A stretch of 64,000 nt of DNA from Podarcis gaigeae (lineage: Eukaryota), in the NCBI GenBank assembly GCA_964106915.2, contig OZ066916.1; one strand, 5' to 3'. Of the stretch, positions 39,740 through 50,148 are shown in pieces. Below the pieces are notes generated by a model. That model made no database searches. It worked only from the letters and a program-made list of their open reading frames with translations, and had not been told where the DNA came from. Positions within the stretch are counted from its first letter, which is position 1, and each line of letters starts with the position of its first letter. Made by a program: the position numbers and the translations under genes.

Positions 39740-41328
39740 CTTACACCCCGGTAAAGTTGCAACCGCTGCTATCATTGTTGGAGTTATATCCTGATGCCGA
39801 ATCGGCATCGTATTTGCGTGCGGGTTTTTCCTCAGGTTTCAGAATTCCGGTGGTTGCCACTCCGGTTGCCAAGGACCCAGCTAACCAAAAATCGATTAGG
39901 GATATGCCAGAGGTGGCGCGTAAGAAAATTGGAAAGGAACTAGCTTTACGTCGCATGGCCAGTCCTTTTGCTGCCCCCCCTTTTCCCAAATTGCCCATTT
40001 CACCTTTGGGTATGGTTCCCAAAAAGGCTCCGGGGGAATTCCGCCTAATACATAACCTCTCTCATCCTAGAGGCACGTCAGTAAATGACGTGATTCCCCC
40101 GGAGCTTTGTTCGGTGAAATATGCCTCTCTCGATCACGCGATTAAAATGATTCGGAAGTTTGGGCGGGGCGTCTTGCTGGCAAAATGCGACATCGAATCA
40201 GCGTTCAGACTGCTTCCAATTCATCCCGATGATTTTTGGTTGCTGGGATTTCAGTTTGAGGGGGGATTTTACTTTGATAAGGCTATGCCCATGGGTTGCT
40301 CGGTGGCCTGTGCAGCTTTTGAGTGTTTCAGTTCATTTTTGGAGTGGGCTTTGCGTGAGAAGACCGGGCTGGGCGGAGTCACACATTATCTCGATGATTT
40401 TTTGGTGGCCTCGGCGAGCAATACAGGGGACTGTGTGGTGTTATTGCAGGCATTTGCTTCCCTAGCGGAAGATCTGGGTGTCCCTTTAGCTGCGGAGAAG
40501 ACCGAGGGTCCTTCTACGCAGCTAACCTATTTGGGTATCTTATTGGATACCATGGCCCAAACCTCCAGCTTGCCGCCTGAGAAGATAACCAATCTTAAAA
40601 AGGTTATTGAGGAACTCGTTCCCTTACAGAAAGTCACCTTGCGGCAGCTTCAGTCGTTGCTGGGCCACTTGAATTTCGCTTGTAGGGTGGTCGCTCCTGG
40701 GCGATCATTTTGCTCTCGTTTGGCCAGACTTACATCTGGCTTGAAGGCCCCGCATCACAGGGTGCGCCTTCCTAGTCAGGTACGGGCTGACCTGGACATT
40801 TGGTTGGAATTCCTTGAGGAGTTCAACGGTATGTCATTGTGGCAGCACACTTTGAACCTCCACAATGACTTCCAGGTGCATTCTGATGCTGCTGGGTCCT
40901 TGGGTTTCGGTTTGTACTGGGACGGCAGGTGGTGCGCTGAGCGTTGGCCCACGGCTTGGCGGGAGCAGGCCATAACTCGGGATCTAACCTTTCTCGAGTT
41001 TTTTCCCATTGTAGTGGCAGTGCACTTGTGGGTCGAGCACTTCAGGGACCATCGAGTTTGTTTCTGGACTGATAACCAGGCGGTGGTGGACGTACTGGCC
41101 AAGCAGTCTTCATGATCCCCTAGGGTATCTGCCCTTTTACGGGCCTTCGTTTTGCATTGTCTGCGTTTTAATATTGTATTTTCTGCTCGTTTTGTTCCGG
41201 GAGTTTCTAACGAGATTGCTGATGCTCTGTCCCGTTTTCAGATGGAGCGATTCAGGTCCCTGGTGCCAGTGGCTCGAGACCGTCCGGAAATTTTCCCGGA
41301 TCCTCTCTGGAACCTTGGCAGGACTTAG
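39740..41328 (+). pseudogene. Reverse transcriptase-RNase H (pol) with one in-frame TGA at 41113-41115
   Basis: RT motifs VPKK..GEFRLIHNLS, KCDIESAFR, MPMG, HYLDDF; RNase H SDAAG, LEFFP, WTDNQ and, past the TGA in the same frame, VPGVSNEIADALSR...LWNLGRT* ending 41328. Frame open from 39520; first ATG only at 39904. Confidence 0.93.
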
Positions 41329-42209
41329 TTTTACAGGGAGTAGCTGCATCCGTTGCCCCCTCTACACTGAGGTCCTATAGAAAGGCCTGGGCGGATTTCT
41401 TATTATTTAATGGGCAGTCTGTAGGGGACGTGTCCACCCCCCATTCCACCTCGCATGTGCTCCGGTATTTGGCACATCTGTTTCAGATGCGCCGGGCGGC
41501 TAGGACCCTGCGTCTGCACTCAGCAGCAATTTCCTTTTTTAATAGGGCATATTTTAACAAGGACCCGTGTGGGAAGTTTGTGGTGCGCAGGGCCCTGGAG
41601 GGATGGGGGCGACTCACTCCTTCCAGGCCTATTCCTAGGCGGCCCATTACATTTGAATTGCTAGCGCAGATGCGGACTAAATTGCGGAGCGTCTGTTGGT
41701 CAAAATTTGAGGCTCGGCTATTTTCTGCAGCCTTTTCTTTAGCCTTCTTTGGGGCCCTGAGGGTCGGAGAGGTGGTCCTGGAGCCTAAGCAGGACGGAGG
41801 TTCAAGGGGGTTGCTGTTGCAGGATGTAAGCATGTCCTCAATGGACCTGCAGGTTAATGTCAGAAATTCAAAAACGGACCAGCTAGGCAGGGGCGCTGTC
41901 ATTACGCTCCCTGCGACTGGGGATGGTGGCCCTTGCCCGGTAAAAGACCTTACGAAGTATTTGGCCCTGCGCCCCGCCGGGGAGGGGCCCCTGTTCATTC
42001 ATGAAAATGGCCGCCCGCTGGTGAGACATCAGTTTACAAGTGTGTTGCGCAAAGCTATCGCGGCATGCGGCCTTCCGGCCCAGGAGTTTGCTCCTCACTC
42101 CTTTAGGATAGGAGCTGCTACAACTGCTGCCCACTGGGGTTTGTCGGTTAAACGGATAAAAGACTTGGGACGGTGGAGATCAGATGCATTCAAAGTCTAT
42201 GTGCGCTAG
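41242..42209 (+). CDS. Tyrosine recombinase (phage-integrase family)
   Basis: N-terminal SVAPSTLRSYRKAWADF; catalytic FFGALRVGE (R), SKTDQ (K), HSFRIGAAT (HxxR), LGRWRSDAFKVY (W,Y). Frame open from 41223 and overlaps the pol 3' end; first ATG only at 41487. Confidence 0.93.
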
Positions 42210-42246
42210 TAATGTGGTCTGTACTCACATTTGTTTTTAACCCTAG

Positions 42247-42821
42247 GTCGGGCTGCTATCCGTATCTGGATAGTAGGGCACAGTATTGTGCATTGGGCTG
42301 CGGACAGAGCTCGTCAATCCGGACTGGGTGATGGCCTAGGCTTCCCGCAGCACGTTCAGGTGTCCTGGATCTCCAGAAGGGGGATGCTGTGGAGGGAATT
42401 ATTACCTCTCTTGCAAGGGCGTGTCCTTCGTTTTGGCCCTCCTTCGGCGATTGTGGTGCAACTTGGGGAGAATGATATGGTTTCCTCTTCCTGCTATGAG
42501 CTGCGTGCGGCCATTTTACAGGACCTGAGGGAACTGGCGGCACTGGTGCCGACCGCTAGGTTAATTTGGTCACAGCTGCTTCAACGACGCACTTGGAGGG
42601 GTAGCCCTTGCCCAGCTGCCACCGAACGAGTGAGGAAGCGGATTAACTCCGCGGCGAGTAAGCTGGTGGTCGATTTGGGCGGGTGCGTGATCCCTCACCC
42701 TCTTATTTCATTCCGGGCGATTGAATTTTATAGGGATGACGGGGTTCATCTCTCTTCAGTTGGGAATGATGTGTGGTTGGATGCTTTGGTGTCCAAGTTG
42801 AGGGTGTGGTTTGATTTGTGA
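42247..42821 (+). CDS. SGNH/GDSL-family hydrolase (esterase)
   Basis: Block I WIVGHS, block II RRG, block III QLGEND, block V DGVHLS; no ATG before the catalytic Ser (first ATG 42384); preceded by CTCAC...TTTGTTTTTAACCCTAG acceptor. Confidence 0.88.
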
Positions 42822-43162
42822 GTGGTTGGCGGCGAGCGTAAGGGCTCGAATGGCGGTTAGGCATTGGTTAAAATTGGTTGGTGGAGGGGTATGGATTGGC
42901 TGTGCCTGCCCCTCCTATGCTGCTGCTGACGGGTATTCCCTTAAAGGAATTCTGAAGCTTACCATCCCCTTCGTCCAAACCCTGACGGCAGGGTGCGGGC
43001 CGTGTAAGCTTCAAGGAACATGCGGTGGTAGCTGAGGGTCTGTTTCGCAGCTCCAGCTGACCCTGATCTTGTTCCTCCGGGACTGACTAGGGAGTCAGTG
43101 CTGTTCCCCAAAGGCGGGGGGAAACAGCTAGTCATAACCAATGCCTAAGCAACCACTCTCAA
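42816..43162 (+). other. Predicted multibranched cis-acting RNA/ssDNA structure in the element 3' UTR
   Basis: Perfect 14-bp pairing 42857-42870/43135-43148; 12/13 pairing 42816-42828/43150-43162; 10-bp pairing 42953-42962/43004-43013; at least six further nested stems. Confidence 0.7.
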
Positions 43163-43172
43163 TTTGTATGAT

Positions 43173-43178
43173 AATAAA
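43173..43178 (+). terminator. Polyadenylation signal of the element
   Basis: AATAAA immediately after the structured region, followed by a GT-rich tract at 43227-43253. Confidence 0.65.
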
Positions 43179-44918
43179 GTTGTGGCCAAAATTATGCCAA
43201 AAACCTTAAACAAAAATTATGCGTAATGTGTGAGTTATTGGGGTTGGGGTTTTGGGGGACCTCAGCATGCAACCATCTTTTGCTGAGCCAAGAACCACTC
43301 GTTAATTCATCACAAAAAACCAGAGCATATAAAATGGGGTGGGGGGAGGAAGTCATGATGAGGTGGACTAGGAGGACCCTTTATTCACAATTCATAAATG
43401 AATTTTTCTGACGCCCCCAATCCACAATCATCCCAACATGCCCCATTTGCCCACTTCCCATTGCTGAAAAATCAGAGGCAGAATATGCATGACCCATGGT
43501 GGAACTTTCAGCATGCATACTGGGGAAACTCCAGTGGCAGTACTGGTGCAATTCCCTCTCTGCCAATAGATCAGCACCTCTAGGGTTCCCTAAGGCTCCT
43601 CAAAAAGCCTGAAGTTACTAAAATGTGTGAATGTGCATTTTTAGGGGAACATTTCTTTCACCCAGCACATTTTCACAGGAACAAGATTTAAATGCAATTT
43701 ATGTCCTTTGCTTGCCCTGTTTATGTTCTAAATCCTCCACAGCATATTTTTTGGTAGTATTAGTGTTGCTAGTGTTCTGTTGTAATGAATTAATGAAAAA
43801 ACTAACTAACTAGGAAATGTTAACCTGTGCGTGAGTGAGTCCTGCAAATGCCTTCATGTTATTTGAGTGAGATAGTTATACCACCAATTTGATTGGGTGC
43901 AGCCCAAGTATGGTTCACATTCATGTATGTACATTGCATGGATGTATGAAGCTGTGAGCAGAAGTATGAAAAAGTCTGTGCGACTCCCTTAAACCCAGAG
44001 AAGCCCTGAATTCTAATTCTGAGCAGCTCTAGAGTTTTCATTATAGCGGCAGAGCCAATATTAAAGGAGAGGTCTTGTTTCATTGATTTTACTGTGAGAA
44101 GCCAGTTGGAGTTCTGATAGGCCAGGAAGATTAGTAAAACCCTGATTAAATGCGTCAGTGGTCCATAATGGAGTAAAAGGGTATGCCTTTATCAGTTCCA
44201 AGCTGTTTCACTTCAAATGTGGTGTTAAAATGAAAGAAAATTTGGCGTGCACAAACTGCCCAAATTTACAAGGGGAGTCGCTAGCCAAGGAGCAGAGTCT
44301 CCAAGAATATCCCAAGCTCTTGTTCCTTCCCTCCTGACCTGCTGCCTGGATCCACTCATATTTTACAAAGTTTTGAGTTCTTGTATTCCATCCACAGGTC
44401 CTCATTCTTTCGTTAAGTGGCACGGCTTCCAGCAGCTTCCCGTCAGTATTTAAACTGACAACTTCATAAAGCCCCCCACCATGCAGAAAGGATAACCACA
44501 GGACCTCCATCCACACAGAGAGATAGCAGTCCTGGTTCCTTCATCTGCTTCAGAACATGAATTACTTTATCATAAAACTTGAGCCCCATATAGCACAAGT
44601 CTTAGAAAGTAATTACTGGGGCTGGATTGAGAACTCCACTCTTCAAAACAGAGGCAACTCGCTGGAATTTATTAATTGATAATGTAATTTGTTAGTTTCT
44701 AGGGCTGTGTTTGGCTCTGTTCTGCTTTGACCTGGAGAACACCCAACCAGGAACCAGCCACTGAATAAATTCAAGGACGGGGCTAATATTTATTATGGGT
44801 GTCTATTCCAACCAAGCTGCAGAGAGCAGGAGAGTTTGATCTTGCTGGGTGCTGCCTTTCCAGCAAATTCCCTGCAGGGAACACAATGGCAAAGCAGACC
44901 GCTGCAGCCAGGAGTGGG

Positions 44919-45518
44919 TGTCAGGAGCAAGTCAGCAATAACACACACAATGTCAGTGAAGTTAACTCTTTATTCAAGGAAATAGGGTTTGCTCAGAAGG
45001 CCAGACTGCCTACTGAGCACAACAACTCATCCTGGTAGATCTTACTCTTGTGAGGCAGTTGTGGGGACAGAGGTTTCCTGCCTTCCCCTAGTTTCCTAAG
45101 TCTCCTCCCCCCCCCCAGGTCCTTCCTGAGCAATCTGAGACTCCATCGCCATGTCTGTCTTTGCTGCTCCCTCTTCATACCTCTTCTGGTTCTCAGAGAT
45201 CAGGGGAAGGGGTGCTGGTCACAGCAGGAGAGGGAGAACCCCTGGCTTCTTCACCAGCCTCACTCATCTCTACCTCTTGGCCTCCCTCTTCTCCTGCTTC
45301 AGCTTTAGCTTCTACTTCTGGGCTTCTTTCTGCCACAGACTCTCCCTGCTCACTTACCTGTTGCCTTTGTAGCTTCTGACACCTCCTCCTCCCCCCAGTC
45401 TTCTCCCTCTGACCACTCATCATCATCCCACCACCAATCCCCTGGCTCTGTGCCTTCTTCTCTTGCAGAAGTTCTCCAGCTGGCTCCTCCCACCACTCCT
45501 CTGCATCTAGCCAGTACA
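44919..45518 (-). mobile_element. Possible solo LTR-like repeat
   Basis: TG...CA ends, AATAAA on the - strand near its 3' end (TTTATT ~44969), purine-rich - strand; no TSD confirmed. Confidence 0.35.
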
Positions 45519-48500
45519 GGACAGCAAGATTGCAGCCTTGGTGGGTGCCTCTTGCATGGCTTCTGCATGTACTTAATGTCAGGCCTACTTGCCCTCTCCT
45601 CTCTGCCCTCCCCTCCTCCATAATCAAAATAGCAACAGACAGCATCCAAATGCTGCTCCTTCACCTTGGCAACCATTACACCAAATTGGATGATGATATC
45701 TTGAAAGACAACTGGTCATATATACAGTAGGCCGGCAAGGCACTTTCTGAAAGACATAATACAGGTGGTGACCATTTTGTGTGGTTCCATTCCTGGCCTC
45801 ACCTTGTTCCACCCCATTCCATCCCTGTTCCACCCTCCTTCTGCCCTCTTCTGTGTCTAAAAGGACCCATGCACCAATGATTGCACTTCATTGGACACCC
45901 TTAAAATAGTCGCCACGTGTAGGTACAATTAAAAGAAGGAATGTAATCAACAATGCTCTTCAACACTGATTTGGCGGAAACCCTAAAAGATCATCTCACC
46001 ATCTTATCAGGAGATCTGTTTCATACGATACAGGAATCAGGCCTTTAGTGTGCTGGCACCCCTTGGAATATTAGGCAGGCACCATCTCTGTTGCCTTTTG
46101 GCACTTTACATCTATCTATCTATATCAATCTATCGATTGATCTTTGTGTTATCTGCATGTAGGGCAATGGTGTGTTGATTCTGGATGAGGGTAGCACTTT
46201 TAGCTCTATGCCACCACCATATGGTTGCACATACAGAAATCCTAATGCAGGCCAGTGGTGAGCAGGGCCTGAGGCAAAAGAGCATAGGGAAACAAATGTG
46301 AATTTTGTACAGCAGGCTGGTTTCTACACTTACCCCTCTGCATCCTCTATCCAGGGAAGAAAGAACTATTATAAGAGCTTAAGGACATCGTACAGCCAGG
46401 CACGGATGCTCAATGGGGGTGCAAAGCAAGACTTGTGAGTGATATAGTGTGGGGAGAGGGTGTGTGGTTGTGAAAAGTGTGGGGGAGTGTACAGAGGGCC
46501 AGACAGGGAGGCCTGGAAAAAGTTGTTTGGCCCCTGGACTTGAGGTCCTTTGATCCTACTATAAAGAAGCCCCATAGCCCTCCCTTTCCCCCCAAGATTG
46601 TGCCACCTCATCAAGAAAACGCCCTCAGGCCCTGCTGCAGGCTCAGCTTCTCTGCAACCTACTTCTGCATCTCCACTTCTATGGAAGAATAAGGAAGAGC
46701 AAGTTATATATACAGTATTAGTCAATAGGCTTTCAGAGTGGCTCGCAGTGTTCAAATGAGAGGAAAAGAAGCATAAAACATTAAAACACAATAAATATTT
46801 GCAAGCAGCAGGAGCAGCGTAGCCACTCAAAAGTACAAAACAACTCCAGGAAACAAAGAGAACATGGAAGGATGACATTAAAAGGCTGGGCGAAATTGAA
46901 AGTTCATCCCCAGAGCTTGTTGCCAGGTGAGGCTTCTAAGTCAGGAGAAATGGTGGGTGGGAGGAACTGGAAACTAAAGAGACCAGTTAAAGATAGAAGG
47001 ACATGGACAAAGAAGAGCAGAAGCGGCTCATCTAGGGGAACAGAGTCCCAATGCTCGCTTGCTGGCAGCAGCCTACACAGCTCCAATCTCCCGGTTGCTT
47101 CTCCTTTACCTCCCCTCTCTCCCTTGCTGTAAGTGGCAGCAATCCCACTACTGAGAAGCTAGTATTGCAGCTCTGACCCACTGGGAGAACCACACATTTC
47201 TTATGCTTGCTTGGGACATGTGCCTCTAAACACACCTGTAAACTACTGCTTTGTGTTCAGGGAACCAGCCCTTTCCAGAGGGAAGTTTAATTGAAATGTT
47301 GTGCCAGTGGAAATGATCCGCCCTGCAATCCTGGCCATATTCTGCTTGCTTGCTCACCTGCCTACTGTTCTATAATTCTGCTGGACAGCCTGATGACAGC
47401 CTTCCAATTTTATTATATAGCAATAAAGAATTAACTAGTGGACCACTGAAGACTTTCCATTGGAGAGGGAAACAGAAAACAGGAATGTGGGGTGAGGCAG
47501 TGCAGTATAGATTCAGCTTCAGATGACATGGAGAGAAGCAGTAAGCCGCATACCTAAAAGCAATGCAGGCTCTCACTTTGATATTCTTTCTGACTCTGTA
47601 GACTGAGTCACAGCTGCCCTATAACAAACCGTATATCTCAGTTTTAAAAATCAGCCATAATTGCTTTAAGTATATAGTTACAGCTGCAGCTGAATGAAGA
47701 GGAAGTCTGTTGAGTAAAACACATATTTACTTGATTTCATATGTGTTGCACTGAGGATGCTGACACCCTAGTACAAATAAAACTGCTTAATTGCAGTGTT
47801 GACCCTGTTTCATTTGCTTGTTGACAGATGAGTTGATAATTTGCAATTGACATCTCTCCTGAGGATTTAATTGTCTTTGCTTTAACAGCTTAGAGAATGG
47901 CAGAACCTAGTGTTGAAAAATCTATGAAGTCATTCTGTCTTAGCAACAAAATTGTTCAGCTTCTTTTATGAAATCTGAACTTACTATGTGCATTTGTAAG
48001 CACAATTAAGCTCTACAGGAAACTGATTAGATGCTGACATAAAGAACAAAGCATCCTATGATCTAGTACTCTCACACCTTTTGATTTCCCTAGGGATGTA
48101 AGGAAGTATAAGTTGAGGTCTTGATCCAGTCTGCAATGTCACTGTACTTGGCTATCAACTGACACCACTGAGTCTGCTCAGCACACTTTGACTCTCAATT
48201 GCTGAAGACTGTATTGCTTAATTACCCTATAACTTAACTTTAACCATGCTTTTCTTTTACACACACAAGCATAAGGTTGAATCGGCAATGCCAGGTCTGC
48301 TGTCAGCAATTCAAAATAAAATCCACCAGTACTGTCTCTCTTTTTCTCTCTCCCCTTTTCTGCAGCCTCCACAAATTTTGCTGTAAGTGTTGTTGTCAGA
48401 TACTTGGACACAGCACTAGAAATAACCCTGAACCTAGGAATGGAGAACCTATGGCTCTCCACATGTTGGTGGGCTACAACTCCCATAATTCCTGACCATT

Positions 48501-48799
48501 GACCATGCTGGCTGGAGTTGATAGAAGTTGGAGCCCAGCAACATATGGAGGGCCACAGGTTTCCTAATATTTAATATTCTCACTTTTCAAAAAGCGCTCA
48601 GCGAAGCAAGCTTCTTTGGAAAAAGTCCCAGAATCCTATCTTAAATAGAAGGAATGGGTTCCTGGTTCACTTGTCCTTCACAGTTCATACATCATCACAC
48701 ATATTATTCATAATCTGCTTCAGCAGGATTATTCAAATTTTGGCATGGAGCAGCTCTTGTTTTCTGTCTCTGTATTTTTCATATTTGAAACTTAGCACC

Positions 48800-49150
48800 G
48801 TAGAGTTGGAGAGGTCCTTGTAGGCTAATCCCTGGTTTACTTCAGGAAATCCTTAGCATCCAAAGCCTATGCTTAAAGACCCCGCCCCCCAGAGAGGAAG
48901 AGCCCACTGACACCCCTCTAGGAAATCCCATGATCAAGCAGCTCAAGAAATGTCTCCTAATGTTCAACTGAAATCTACTCTCATATAACTTAAATACTTT
49001 AGACCTGACCCTTCTCTCTGGGGCAGCGGAGAAGAAATAATTGCCCTCTTCTACATGGCAACCCTTCAAGTATTTGCAAAGTACCATCTTGTCTCCTTTA
49101 GTTTCTTCTCCAAGGTAAACATATTTGGTTCCTTTAACCTTTTCTCATAG
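48800..49150 (-). mobile_element. CR1 LINE 3' fragment
   Basis: KYLKGCHVEEG..FFSAAPE.R.RS..FKL.E.RF.LNIRR.FL. Confidence 0.8.
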
Positions 49151-49610
49151 TCATCGGTTTGGAAAGCAAGTCCTGTCTTCATTTCAGAAGGTCTCAGGTT
49201 CAATCCCTGGCCTCTTCACTTTAAAGGAGCAGGTGACAGGTGATATAAAAGACTTTTGCACAAGACTCTGGAGAGCTGGGACAGTTAAAGTGGACATTAA
49301 TGTGCTAGTTGAAGAAACAGTCTGATCTGGTATTAGAAAGTTTTCTGTGCTCAACAGGACCCTCCCTCCTCATTAGAGAGTCTTTGCATACTTGCTCAGG
49401 TGCTGCTGCTTAAGATGCATGAAAGAGTCACGCTCTACCTCTAAGCTATAATCCCTCCTCCTCTAAACAGGAGAAGAAGGTCCCATATAGAACCTAAGCT
49501 TTTGTGAGATGGCAATTGTCAATGACAAGATATACTGCACACACATAAGCCGCTATGAGAAAAGGAGTATAGCACTTGGTCATCCCTGCTCTAAATAATC
49601 ATTAAAGGTA

Positions 49611-50148
49611 CAGTCGTACCTCTGCTTACGTATCCCTCTGGATATGTAAACTTTGGGTTGTGAACTCGGTAAACCCGGAAGTGTATACTGCCAGGTTTCA
49701 CCGCGCATGTGCACAGAAGCGCTCAATCGCGCCATGTGCGTGCGCAGAAGGGCGCCTCCAGTTATGAAGTTTTCTTTTTTTTCCCCAAATAATTTTTATT
49801 AATTTTACAACATAAGAAACATAAACAAAACACAACACATAAAAACACAAAACGACTTCCCCAGACCTCCCCTTCACTGCATCCTTATTTTAAAAAGTTT
49901 TTTTAGCAATTCTTTGTCCAATTTTTTATAATTGAGATCCTTTAAGAACTTTTCTTAAAAGTTAGTTTTTTGCCAGCTGTAATTCTCTACATCCTGTCCC
50001 CTGGCATCTATCATTGCGGAATTTTACAACAATTTTCAAGATAAGTTTTAAATTTTTTCCAGTCCTCCTCCACCGTCTCAGTTATGAAGTTTTCAGGATG
50101 CGGCTGGGCTTCTGGAATGGATCCCATTCGTAACCGGAGGTACCACTG
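49611..50148. mobile_element. Tc1/mariner-type MITE interrupted by an L1 insertion
   Basis: TA-CAGTCGTACCTC...GAGGTACCACTG-TA termini. Confidence 0.75.
49775..50078 (-). mobile_element. 5'-truncated L1-clade LINE end with 16-bp TSD
   Basis: TSD CAGTTATGAAGTTTTC at 49759-49774 and 50079-50094; - strand reads ETVEEDWKKFKTYLE (L1-like ORF2 end), then AATAAA and an A-rich tail. Confidence 0.8.

Larger units (their letters stand above)
37209..43272 (+). mobile_element. Tyrosine-recombinase retrotransposon, Ngaro-like (DIRS order), near full length, carrying an SGNH hydrolase
   Basis: Ordered overlapping Gag, RT/RNase H, YR and SGNH ORFs; no methyltransferase domain seen; abrupt rise in GC/CpG relative to flanks; promoter at the 5' end and AATAAA at the 3' end. 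Exact termini (TTG...CAA) are inferred. Confidence 0.92.

Noticed and set aside
41430-41432. GTG/TTG starts given by the ORF track for YR, pol and SGNH
   Set aside because: Prokaryote-style start calls; the conserved YR and pol sequence extends upstream of them, so they are unlikely to be true starts
43081-43134. Possible hammerhead ribozyme (CTGA...GAAA)
   Set aside because: The core would need CUGANGA with correctly placed stems; the sequence reads CTGACTAG and the topology does not fit
37209-43272. Bacterial/phage contamination or retron-like locus (RT + integrase + structured RNA)
   Set aside because: Zinc-knuckle Gag, RT/RNase H of DIRS/Ngaro type, TATA/AATAAA and seamless vertebrate flanks indicate a eukaryotic YR retrotransposon
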